DNA from: Tubulanus polymorphus
Lineage: Eukaryota; Animalia; Nemertea
Assembly: GCF_964204645.1 (NCBI RefSeq)
Contig: NC_134026.1
Span: 24,586,150-24,650,149 of the forward strand
Length of the DNA stretch: 64,000 nucleotides
Direction of reading: 5' to 3'
A program made the position numbers and the translations under genes. The notes below the pieces were generated by a model. The model made no database searches, had not been told where the DNA came from, and worked only from the letters and a program-made list of their open reading frames with translations. This document shows, one piece after another, positions 1 through 11,565 of this stretch. Every line of letters begins with the position of its first letter. The stretch's first letter is position 1.

Positions 1-1467
1 AAAACTTTATTATCAATACAGATTTCTGTAAGTACCTGTTGCGACTAGATCTTTTTCTGTGAAAAGCTTTTTCGTAATTTCTTCATTGTTTTCAGCTTGG
101 AGTTTTTGACTTAGAAGTGCAGCTGCTGAAGGTTTTGAACCTGAATCCAATACGTCATCCGAATTCTGACTTGAACTAAGTGAGACACTTTCACTCGATG
201 CAACTGTTGTTTGGGGTGTGGATTCCTGAAAAGATGAACTTTTTTTCATAGGAATTCTACACACGTAAAAAATTTATTCTATTTCTATATCAATCATCAG
301 ACTTTTACCTGAGAATTTGATCGTTTCTCCTTTATATCAATAGCAGTCTCCATAATACTTTTCTTTGTCCGCGCTCGTAAACTATCCATAGATGCCTTTT
401 GGTCTTCGTTCATTTTTTTTCGAGCAGCTCTTGCTGATTTGATTTTGACATCTATAAAAACAATAGGATTTTTCATAAAACCAATCATAGTATACGTACA
501 CTACGTTTACGGATATAATCCCTAACCCATATCTCGGGTCGGTGGTTTAATTTCACGTAATCGCCACCAGCCAAGCTCCTTCAGTTCATCGGTGCCAGAT
601 TTAAAATGATCATTACTACCACTAGATAGTACACTGGATACTGTTCCAAACCAAGTGGATGACTGCTTTCTGTAAAATATACAAAATTTACTCCCCAATT
701 ATAAAATTACAGGCAATATACACTCACACAAAAGATTGGCAGGAAGCAAAATATTTTCTTGCAATGATATTATTAGAGGCCTTATACCTTGTATCTGCAA
801 ACAATAGAGACCAATGCTTTTCGATGAAACCACAAATTTGTTCTTTCCAACGATAATATCCGCATTTTCCAGTGCTTGTCAGATGAAGATTGTACAATGC
901 CAGTGATATAGCCTGAAGCCTGTAAGAACAATAAATAACATTCTTTCAATGGAATTATGACACAGATGTTAGCTTACCAGCATTAACCACCAACGGATAC
1001 ATACCAAGATATTCTCATTCTAACAGCAGCTTCCTGACCAGTATCTGAACAGTAACTGCATGTCAATAGGAAAAGAGTATCTCCCTGTAGAGGACTTGGT
1101 AAAGGAGACTTCAGACAACCTTGAAGTAATGAATGAGAATATGAGATAGCAATGGTAAAAAATTCAGGTCACTCGTGTATGAAGGCCTAAAACTTTTCTT
1201 ATTCACCATAATACCATAATCAAGATAACACGATTGTCAATGAAAAAGAAGATAAGAAAGAAGAGAAAGAAACAACAGAAAATGTGTTTATGAAAATCGT
1301 ATGGTGATGACAACAGTTATAGCCACAATTATAGCATCATCAAAATAAAATAAATACATACAAAACTAACCTATATGAAATCCTCTTTTACACCTCTCAC
1401 AGTCTAACATGTCATCCTCTCTGTCAGCTACTGAACAGTAACAGTGAGGCCCCATGTTTCCAGCCAT
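1..1467 (-). CDS. KAT14: KAT14/CSRP2BP (ATAC complex acetyltransferase, Atac2), N-terminal exons; 3' part lies beyond the left edge
   Basis: Manual splicing of exons ~1467-1370, ~1119-1005, 919-~788, ~669-527, 451-309, ~256-35 gives MAGNMGPHCYCSVAD..CERCKRGFHIGCLK..LQGDTLFLLTCSYCSDTGQEAAVRMRISWLQAISLALYNLHLTSTGKCGYYRWKEQICGFIEKHWSLLFADTRKQSSTWFGTVSSVLSSG..FKSGTDELKELGWW. This matches the recalled CSRP2BP N-terminal block (GDNFFRFTC..YFRWKEDICAFIEKHW..STWWSTVAGCLS..GWW). Largely missed by the ORF track. Confidence 0.85.
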
Positions 1468-1534
1468 AATTCAGTCAGCAACATCAACTGTGTCCAGGCC
1501 ACAGACGTGTGAAACGAAACTGTGAGCATCATTC

Positions 1535-1793
1535 GGGATTCGAACCCAAAAACCCGGAAATCAAGAAAAAGCCACCAATGTAAATACAACATTTATTGAT
1601 ACAATTAAAATCATACAAAATATAATTCTACATCATCAAATCATTAATGAATGACATATTTACCATAATACGTATATATGCACTTAAAGCAATGTTCGTA
1701 TGCATACATACGATTTTATTACTTGACTAAATCATTTTACACTTTCGTAAAAATGGGATTCGAACCAAAGGCCAACTTCAATAAACCCGGAAA
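1535..1793. promoter_or_regulatory. Duplicated B-box-like + ETS-like module in the KAT14/MS4A divergent promoter
   Basis: GGGATTCGAACC at 1535 and 1755 (GGTTCGAATCCC on the minus strand, a Pol III B-box consensus). Each is followed by AAACCCGGAAA (1550-1560, 1783-1793). No tRNA cloverleaf is visible. Confidence 0.45.
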
Positions 1794-2028
1794 CGTCAAT
1801 GGTTTTTCCAAGAACGTAAACACTGACTAAAATGATCATGAAAGCAATTATTTATACATAGCCACATAAGAGCTGTCTACGTAAAAGGTTTGAGCATCTA
1901 TTTTCTTTTTAGAAATTTGTTAATATTTGTATATAAGTCCTTGGAAATGGAAATTTGTGGAAATTGAAAGGGTAAACCCCTTTTAATTTTACTCATCAAT
2001 TTTGATTTACATTAGTTTCAGAAACAAA

Positions 2029-2853
2029 ATGACAACATACCAACAACCAGGTATTTATGTCCAAAGTCGATGGACACCATCTCAACACCACCAAACGCCA
2101 CAACAACCAGTTGCAGAATTGCCTTCTACACAACACGACATTCAGGTTGGCGGTTATTATGAAAGTCGACGTGAGGGTTTTGCGCATGACCACGCGCGAA
2201 GATGTGCGACGGTTCAGATCGGGTGCGCAATGGCTGTTTTTTTAACAGCATCCATTTTAATTCTTACGAAAGGTTACCTATTCATTGCCGGGGCCGGATT
2301 TTGGGGTGGAATGTTATTCCTGATCGCCGGAAGTATCGGAATACGATCTTCGTTGAAAAAAGAAAACTGTCAAATAACTGGAACAATGGTTTTCTCAATA
2401 TTGTCCTGTCTCGCTGCATGCGTTGGTGCTGCATTCGCATGCATTGCATTTTTACAAGATTACCGACTTGTTGTATATTGTTGGCCGGAAAAAGAAGACC
2501 ATACGCTACCGTACTTCTGCCTATACAAATCAGAAGTTCCACGTTTATACATATTTGTGAGCCTCGGTTGTCACTGTGGAAATATGCTGTTCAATTTCAT
2601 TGAAGCGTTAGTAGCATTAGTGCAGTCTGCGATCTGCTGCCGAGCCGTTTGCTGCGGATCCGGGCGCAACAGAGATCCAGTGGTAGTGTACATTCCTTAC
2701 ACCGATGCGCATCATGAAGAGGGTTCACTGTTACACGGATCAGGAAGAAGGGATTACCATGCGGACACTTTCGCGCAAGCGTCTGCGCCACCTCTAGATC
2801 CTCCACCGTACACAGAAACTCCTGAACATCGGCTTTATCCTGCTCTACATTGA
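2029..2853 (+). CDS. MS4A/CD20-like four-pass membrane protein, single coding exon
   Basis: Four hydrophobic segments, the MS4A-type TM2 motif GAGFWGGMLFLIAGSIGI, Cys-rich CCRAVCCG after TM4, Q/P-rich N-terminus and Pro-rich C-tail. ATG at 2029 follows a tttcag acceptor (5'UTR intron ~1972-2021). Confidence 0.8.
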   Translation: MTTYQQPGIYVQSRWTPSQHHQTPQQPVAELPSTQHDIQVGGYYESRREGFAHDHARRCATVQIGCAMAVFLTASILILTKGYLFIAGAGFWGGMLFLIAGSIGIRSSLKKENCQITGTMVFSILSCLAACVGAAFACIAFLQDYRLVVYCWPEKEDHTLPYFCLYKSEVPRLYIFVSLGCHCGNMLFNFIEALVALVQSAICCRAVCCGSGRNRDPVVVYIPYTDAHHEEGSLLHGSGRRDYHADTFAQASAPPLDPPPYTETPEHRLYPALH

Positions 2854-3593
2854 ACTATTTTACAACCGTCTTAAACAAAGTCCATGGAATTACCATGATG
2901 AGTAGCAATACGTATTTGTGAAAGAAACTGCATAATTAATTGTACCGGTACCAGGATTCGTTGTGGTAAGAGTTTTATATGAGTTGAATGAACATTGGTA
3001 TTTCCCAAGTTTAATGGAAGCTTACTGTGTACTCTCTTGGGTGTAAGATAATGTTCTGTAATTATGCTAGTCGGATTAATGTATTCAGGTAAATCTGTTT
3101 AGGGATACAGTAAAATTTCGAATGCTTCACCTCTGAAGTTGATAGTTCACTGCTATTGCTGATCATTTGCTATTGCTGATCATTTGTCTCATATTGCGTT
3201 GTTTTTAGATACACATTACTTTATGAGGAATGTAATAATAAGGAGCTATTCAAAATTTTTTAGAAGTTCATTGATTTTTGGCTTTCTGGATAGTGAGATA
3301 TCATTCCAAGCTGAAATTACATTCTATTTTGATATATTCATCATTGTTGAAACATTGTTGATGGCTTAGACCAAAGTGCTGTTTGAGATTTCTTTTTTAA
3401 AAGCTGACATTATGCTGGTATATATTGATGAATATGTAGGTTGATTTTTTCAGAAGAGATATATACAGATTGCTGATAATTTTGTAAAATGGTTTTGTCC
3501 TAATTCTGATACATCGATGTCAAATCATTCTATTTCATGTATTTCTAGATTAGATCTCTTGAAGATCTTAAATATACTACCATGTATAACGTG

Positions 3594-3740
<147 letters not shown>

Positions 3741-4497
3741 CGTATCACTCTATTGGTTAAATGTGCAAGTCAACTATTTCTGTGACAATTACTATCATTT
3801 ATGATTGTGCTTTTAGCTGGATGTTGATTGAGTTTCATCATCTTTATAACTTATGGAAGTTGTATTATTTCTCAAGAGATTTATTGTGCATGTACTTTAT
3901 TTTCATTTGGTTCATAAAAACTGTGCTGGCATATTTTTCTGAACTGATGGAATGAAGAGAGACATGAAATGTTTTAAATTACATTTTACTTTTACTTGTT
4001 TATTTCTAGTCAGCTGCCTTTATAAATCAGGTTTTGGGGAAATACTTCAGTTTTCTTTTAGCTTATGAATGAATGATATGAATTGAAATTCAGAAATAAA
4101 TATGAATCGACCACTACCTTTTATATTTTTTAAATTCGATAGATAAATCTGCATTGTTCAATAAAGGGAGGTATAAAAAATTTGAAGGACCTTGCAAGTG
4201 TAGGCCTGCCCCTAATAAAGATACAAGTCATTTTAATCTTGTCTGTACATGTTTTAAAATGTTGCCTTATTATTTTTTTTGTCTCAAGACTTCATGATGC
4301 AGTTTCAGTTGTTCCATTTGGCTTTAAACTAGTACTTTGGAAGTACTATGAATCAATTTTAATGGAAAGCAGTATTTTTACAGATGATTAAAGCTTTGCT
4401 ACAGTTTTGTCTTGCTACTTAGAAAACAAATAAAGATCTCTGCTTGTGGTTGTGCATTATCTCTGATTTTGACTTGAATACTTTTGCATTAACGTTA

Positions 4498-4599
4498 GGG
4501 ATCATTCATTTATCAGCCATTTTTCTTATACATTAAGCATTACAGTACGCAATTGCACTGACCCCTCCCCTAATGCGTACGTAATAAATGAATGACCCC
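4498..4599. mobile_element. Small MITE, PIF/Harbinger-like
   Basis: Imperfect TIR GGGATCATTCATTTAT / ATAAATGAATGACCCC, flanked by the 3-bp direct repeat TTA (4495-4497, 4600-4602). Confidence 0.65.
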
Positions 4600-5134
4600 T
4601 TATTCAGAATGCTGTTAAATCGACATGGCATATCCGACAGTCATTACTGGTTTAGAATTGTGAATGTGAAAAAAAAGTTTTATCAAAACTACCAAGAGGA
4701 CTGAACATGGTAAACATCTTGTGGATCTGGTCTTTATTTCATTTCCTTATCAAAAAGTTACATCCAAAAAAATTACCTTTCATTTTTTTATTAAATACAA
4801 TTAGACCATGACAATTGATGTTATTATTATTCTTTTAGAAAACTTTAAAAATCTGAGATCCGCAAGTCCAGATTTATATTTTGCACTTTCACATTGAAGG
4901 AGAATAGAAAATGAATAATTATTGTAGTTAAAATAAGGATGATAAACTAACAAAGTAAAAGACATAAACATGTACTGGTACAACAAATGCAAACAGAAAG
5001 AGGTAAAAATTCAATATTTCGTCCCCATTATCTGTGCCATAGAGATATTTTACTAAAACAATAAACATAGAATTGAGCTGTTTTTCAGGAAGAGCATTTA
5101 CTTCTAGTATCACATTTTCAAAGCTGAATGAGCA

Positions 5135-6129
5135 TCATTCAGTTTTCTCAACTGCATTCGATTGATGTTTGTCCTGAAAGGAAGAAGGTTCAGAAAACCA
5201 CTTGAATATACAGTCTACTCCTCGGCTGATCGTTTTAAAATCAAATCAACATATTAGCATTCCAGATATTGTCTTGAAACCTAATAACTTACCCTATGGT
5301 GCATGTAGGAAAGAAATATACACCATATAAAACCACATATGGAAACGTATATCACTCTGAAATAATCTGGTATGTAGAAAAAATTCAAAGACTGTGCAGC
5401 TGGCCAAAAACATAAATCGACCTATGAAAAAGTAAATATATTCAATCAAAAATGGATTCTTGAGTTTTGATTATCTAATAAGAATTCAAACTGGATTGAG
5501 TTTACATACAAGATATACGACTAGAATTTTTTTCTTAAAACCATCCCAAGCTTCATCCCATTGCTTTCCTTCCAAGAATGCAGATCCTGTAAAAAGAATA
5601 CAAAGTTATTAAGGTACTGGTTTTGAAATTATCAGGTTTAGGTACTATTTCATGACATTTACTCACCAACTAAGTACAAAAAGGCAAAGAAAGGACCAGC
5701 AATCGTTTGATCCAGAAAGACCTTCTTAAATACTATTTTCCCAGATTTTCCCACTAATACGTGGTCTAGAAAAGAGTACCAGCCATGATTTGCAAATCCC
5801 ATTCCTACACCAAGCGTAAACATGCGACCTAGAATCGAACATTCATAAACGTGTAAGAAATGTTGATATGATCATAATAGAAAATATTTATGTCAATCCT
5901 TTTCGGCGCACTTACGCGTTCTATCATAATCAATTAATGACTGCTTATTTTCAATCCCAGCAGATGGTGGTAGGGCTGGTGTATTACTGTTCTGCTTCTT
6001 CCTTCTTTCTATCACTAACTGATTGAAAATGTCACCTGCTGTCACTAGACTACAACCAGATACCACGTTTGTCACGATTAAGTATCGGCCAAGAAGCCTG
6101 CCAGTTATATTCTTAAGTGTACTGAACAT
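5135..6129 (-). CDS. MPV17L2: Mpv17/PMP22 family protein, MPV17L2-like, about 5 exons
   Basis: MFSTLKNITGRLLGRYLIVTNVVSGCSLVTAGDIFNQ..DYDRT / GRMFTLGVGMGFANHGWYSFLDHVL..KIVFKKVFLDQTIAGPFFAFLY / ..WPAAQSLNFFYIP..FLSYMHHR / DKHQSNAVEKTE*. These are Mpv17 family signature motifs. Confidence 0.8.
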
Positions 6130-6277
6130 AATAGATAGGTACAGAGAGCTACGTAGTACGAAACGTTGCAGATTCTGTGAGGTGAGTGTCGAGGTCTTTA
6201 ACTTGTGAAACGAATTGGTAGAGGCCGGCAACCAGTCTACTGGGGCCGCAAGGCGGCGCCATCTGCCAAAAACCAAC

Positions 6278-7146
6278 ATGGAGCTCGAAGAAACCTTCAA
6301 GAAAAAATGGGAGTTAAGTCAAAAATTACTGAAGCACGATGTAAATCGTGGCAGTCTATACCCTCCCATGAATATCGAACATATGCCCCATGAACGACAG
6401 CGTCTTGCAGGAAAGGGAATGACCGCTGAAGATCGAATGCTTCGTAAGCAATGGTTACAAGATCAAGTCCTTTCCCCGAACGAACCTCGTCATATACCAG
6501 AATTACGTCCCAGAAACATCTTTAGGCGAATTTACACCGCTCCTTGGGATTTCTTCTTCAAAACAATGGAGCCTATTTTGGTGAGTATTTTGAACTAATT
6601 ATCCAGCCATGCCCGTCCAATGAGTGTCAGATAGATTGGTTCTTCTACATGTCATAAATTCACCAGTCTTGCACATTCAATTTATAGGGTGCCAAACCAG
6701 CTGCGATAATAAGATATTTTGCTCCTAAATATTTGATGTTTGCTGCCGGTGGATATTTGGCGTATTATCATTTAAAATATAACCGTTCGGTAGGTATACG
6801 CGATGATCATATCCTGTTCATTTTTTCGTATATTTTCATAGTATTGCTCTGTAAAGTGGATGGATATGCATTCTTTTCACAGGATTGGGATCAACGTGGT
6901 GGATGGCATATGTGGACTTCCCGAGCTCCTTTACTTCCAGTAAGTCCAGCATCTTCAATCTATTCAGATGGAAATTAACCTTAAAAATACACATAGCTTT
7001 ATTCCAGTTTCATTGTGTTTTTCAAATTTCAGGGCGATGCACAATATCCAAAGTTTGAAACTAAAGAAAAGTCGGATTATGCCAACTATGGATTTAAAGA
7101 TCGCACAGCATTCAAAGAGAAGATTAGAACTACACACACTGATTAA
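6278..7146 (+). CDS. NDUFB6: NADH dehydrogenase 1 beta subcomplex subunit 6 (B17), 4 exons
   Basis: ERQRLAGKGMTAEDRMLRKQWLQDQVLSPNEP..RNIFRRIYTAPWD / ..YYHLKYNRS / DWDQRGGWHMWTSRAPLLP / GDAQYPKF..DYANYGFKDR, with GT-AG introns. Confidence 0.88.
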
Positions 7147-10100
7147 AGATTAGCATATGTAAGAATTATAAATTTGCAGTTGCCAATTATATGAATCCAG
7201 GTTTACTAATCAGAAAAAAACTTAGCGTAGTTGTATATTTTTCTGTTGTAAATTTGATAGTAGGTAGAAATGATGTACACCAGTATAGACAATGTTGCAA
7301 AGAATAAAAAGTTGTTTTAATAAATCAAATATAGCAATTCAATGTTATGACATTAAATTCTTGTATTCATATTGATTTTCATGAGGAATACTAAATACTC
7401 GACATGGTTTGTAGCACGTCTACTGCGGTAGTAGTAAAACTTGATTTGTGCTTACTTTTCACAAAAAGAGCAACTTGATAGAAGAATGAAGCAAAACGAA
7501 ACTACGTAAAGAGAGACTGCGTAAGATGCTTCAGAATCCTTGGTACACTCAGACAGTAAAATGAAAAGTAACGACATTAATTCCGATAATGAAAACCCCA
7601 TTTATTGGTAATACATCTAGCTAACAATTCGGGCTTTGATGATGCGACAATATTATAGACATTGAGTTTACAATCAGTGCTGTAAACTTCAAAATAAATC
7701 TTAAAAACTGAAACGGACAGAAAATCTGGATTGAGTGAAAAATGTATTCAAGATAGCGTAATAAATAGTACAGTTGTGAATCAACTAGTAGAAAAATGTC
7801 TTCGTTGAATTCAGATGGAATGTTGATAAATTCTTTAGACAAAGACCACTTTTCATGACAAACAATCAGAGCAGACAGTACAGAAATTGAAAATATGACT
7901 CAATCCATAGTCTCTTCATCGAAATAGCTATAAAGATCATTTTCTCCCCATATCGGCTAAAACTACCATAAGAAAGTACATTTAGAAATGATAAAGTTTG
8001 GTAGTGAAAGCAGAGGACTATTAGAGAAACGACGTACTTGAAGACATAATCAAACAATTCAAATAGAAATCACAAGCAATGTACATGAATATCTGATACA
8101 GCTGTATTATTGTGCACGCAATTACAAAGCCATACTGTAAATACAACTGGCAAGATAACATCAACACAGAAGAATACACTGCATATCACTGACTTTCTTG
8201 CTCTAAAGATATCTATAACATACATATCTGACACATGTACATCATACGAATTGGGAATTTCAAATTCACAGAACTACTTCAGTTATGAATGCGCTATTTA
8301 AATTTGTTTCTTTACCAGATGTGCTACATAAAGAGTACATTGCAGTGATACCGGACCAAATACTGTCCAGAAATATGACTTCATTACAACTAATTATGCA
8401 ACTGACTAAGAGTAATACTTATTTAACCGTCTTCACAAACTAACAGCAGCTCTTCAAAAAAAAAAAAAACAACCAAGTTTTTCTACCTATAGTACAAAAA
8501 TAACAACATTCTGATGAAGTCATTCACCAGTAACAGAAATACTTCTCCCCAGTTTTAGTCAATAATTAAAGCAGAATGAACTAATAACAAAATAACAAAC
8601 GCTTCATAATTCACAAGCCATAAATAGTCATTAGCATCTTGACTAAACATGTTTTTCATAACTGCTCTACATAGAATGAACCTCATAACTATGGTACCTT
8701 TCATACCCAATCTACACGCGATGGGGACACCATCCTTAAAGTGTTGTCGCAGTGGTGTATATACTTCAATAACGTTTTTCTATGGCTTGACATATCAGTA
8801 CAAGAGCAACCAATGTCACAGAATTCATTGATTGCAATCGGTGATATATATTCTTCATGTTTGACCAAGATAATCTTTAAAAATTTCTGTCATTTTAAAT
8901 ATTGTAGCACACTTAACACGAGTATTGCTGATGCATAGGGTGAACGAATAAGCAGTATTTGATTGATTTACATGTTATGTATATAGAGATTGCCAGAAAA
9001 ATTTGCAGAGCTTAACCTTTTCATCTTAAAGTTGACAACATACTTACATCAAATTTCACGTTTTTACAACATTGGTGCTATATATATATACATATTGTAT
9101 TCAGAAAGTGTTTGCTTGAAAGGGAGAATGGTAAGGTTGTTGAATATGTCTATGGTTTCCTACTATGTAGATCAAGTGATAGCCCAGCATTCAAATTTTC
9201 TCTATTTGATTAAAAAAACCATAATTTACACAGAGAGTAGCTCAAATCACTGCAGTTGTAAGTACATACATGGCGTGTATTAACAAATAGACTTGTGATG
9301 AACTGATTCAATAGTACAGCAAGTAAAATAATTTGGAAGCACCACAAAAGGTTCATCAAGTAGAAGAAACTATGAAGTGTACATGTTATAGTCCAAAAGA
9401 ATACCAGAAAGTGGAGAAGTCATGAATATTTTCAAAGGATTGTTAAAAAATACTGACATATCAGTTTTAAAACTGATGATTCATTTGCGCATTTTGAATT
9501 AAGTGACATCATAGATTATAACATATCTATGCTGTGCAAATCTAACTTTAATTTAACAGAACCAACATTCAATGTGCTTTATGAGTTAAAAACCTGTTCA
9601 ATTTGAATTCTCACGATGGCGATGCATTCCGTGTTGGTTAGTTTTCATTGAATCTTCACTTGATAGCAATAACTTAATCTTTTAAAATGCCACAATGGCA
9701 AGTATAGTCTATGCTAACTTCTACTTGATAATTAGTTTCAGTCAGTTGAATCAAACTGAAAAAAAATATCAATATATACATAATATTACATCTATAGACC
9801 TATTAACCGTATGCAATATAACACAAACTTTTTGAAAAGATCTGCATTATTGTTATTATTTTTCATTTGAAACATTTACTGACGTAAAAACACTCATATC
9901 AACAATGTACATGCATCATTTGCTTTAATTCAAAATGCAGAAGTGACATTGTGGGATCATGTTTGAAAGTACAGATATAAATCCTGCATTCTGATAGTAG
10001 AGCATGTACGTCGCAAATATTAAACCAAGCTATTATTAATATTATTAATATTATTATATTCATTACTTTAAAGCGTCATTATATACATAAATACTATACT

Positions 10101-11014
10101 TGAATGCACGTTACAAGAAATCTTCAAAGGAGAAAATACCTTTAGTTAGTTTATATACGCATAATAATAAACTTTGTATGGTTTTAAAGGGCCAACAGTG
10201 GGGAGGAGCTTTTTCATTTGAATATTCTATCATTTTCTTGAGTAAATCGACGTTCATAACTATTTCATATTACGTTTAATGAAGACGAATATTCAGGCAG
10301 AGTGACATTGACATGAAAGGTCATTGTTTGTGATCAATCGTCTATTTTCTAGAGATAATTTTTCTAATAAATTATTACTCATAGACAATATCAATTCAAC
10401 ATTTCATAAATATATTAAATCGCATTTCATGCACGAAAAATTCCAGAAAGCGGTGCTTATCATTTATATATTATTCAACAAGATAAGGTTACAGATCATA
10501 CACAAAATGGATTCTCGTGTGGATTCGGAAATTTGCTGGATTCAAACTTGTACACGTTTAAAGGAGATTCGCATTACGTAATGAAGATAACACCTTGGCA
10601 CATATTTAATATTCTACGATTATCATACAATATGTAGATGTATGCACAGCAATCCACACTAACAATGTTACAGTGTATCGGGATAGTAAGATATCATATA
10701 ACAATGAATTACTTCACGTGAAAAGCCAAAATTTGATACATTTCATATACAGCCTTTTAACGCTAGATACCTCTAATATGCAAGCATCACAGTTTCACAT
10801 ATGATTATATTATGAAATATCTTTAACAGTCTTCTTTCTACCTGCACAAGATATAAGCTCACCGAAAAAGCCCAGTTCGGCTTTTATTAAGAATTTTGTT
10901 TTCTAACTTAATTAAATTTCTATTACATTGTACAAGATTTTTCGTAGCACTTGAATGACAACATTTTGTTTTTGTTTTGACCTTATCGTCACAACCAGCA
11001 CCGACACTGAAAGC

Positions 11015-11147
11015 AATATTCCAGGGCTCGTGGCCAGTCATGGCCCGAACAGGTTTGCTTCTGACACCTCCTACTGCACTAGAGAGTGGGGAGGAGGCGT
11101 CAGACCTAAGGAGGCTATCCCCCAATATGCCCGAACCTCTGGATATT
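11015..11147 (-). other. GC-rich structured RNA element in the probable LIS1 3'UTR
   Basis: On the minus strand, outer stem AATATCCAGAGGTTCG/CGAGCCCTGGAATATT and inner 12-bp stem CTGACGCCTCCT/AGGAGGTGTCAG capped by CACT-CTCT-AGTG. The mismatches are G.U only on the minus strand. Confidence 0.5.
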
Positions 11148-11565
11148 AACAGTATACAAGGTCAATAAACTTGGCCATTTTTCATCTCGCTTCCATAAAA
11201 GGAGAGGTGAGACTGGTGTTAAAGAATCACAGACATAAGTAACTAAATTGATGATTTCCACTGAACCCACAAACCCAAACCATCCTGATTTAAATTCAGG
11301 AATGAAATTATTGAAAATTTATTATCCATCCAAATACGTTTGATTGACTTATATAAATTCCAACTACTCAAATTCAGATAAAAAGTGAGCAGATTTGATG
11401 ATGTGTATTGACACTTATGTTCTGAAAGAGTTCCGTTAAGACAATCAACATTATTGAATGATAATACATGGATGGCCTCTAAACAGTTATAGCAGTCACA
11501 AAAGCTGATACTATACTGGTTCATTGGGCTGAGAATTGAATTTCCTAAGCACAAAGAGTCTGTTG

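Noticed and set aside
1535-1766. tRNA genes suggested by GGTTCGAATCCC
   Set aside because: No A-box, acceptor stem or anticodon arm. Kept only as orphan B-boxes.
5893-6598. Apparent antisense overlap of ORFs 5893-6300(-) and 6215-6598(+)
   Set aside because: The ORF caller used upstream non-ATG starts. The likely ATGs (6129 and 6278) do not overlap.
10859-11168. Three short overlapping ORFs in the GC-rich island
   Set aside because: No recognisable protein or clear splice signals. Better explained by local GC content and RNA structure.
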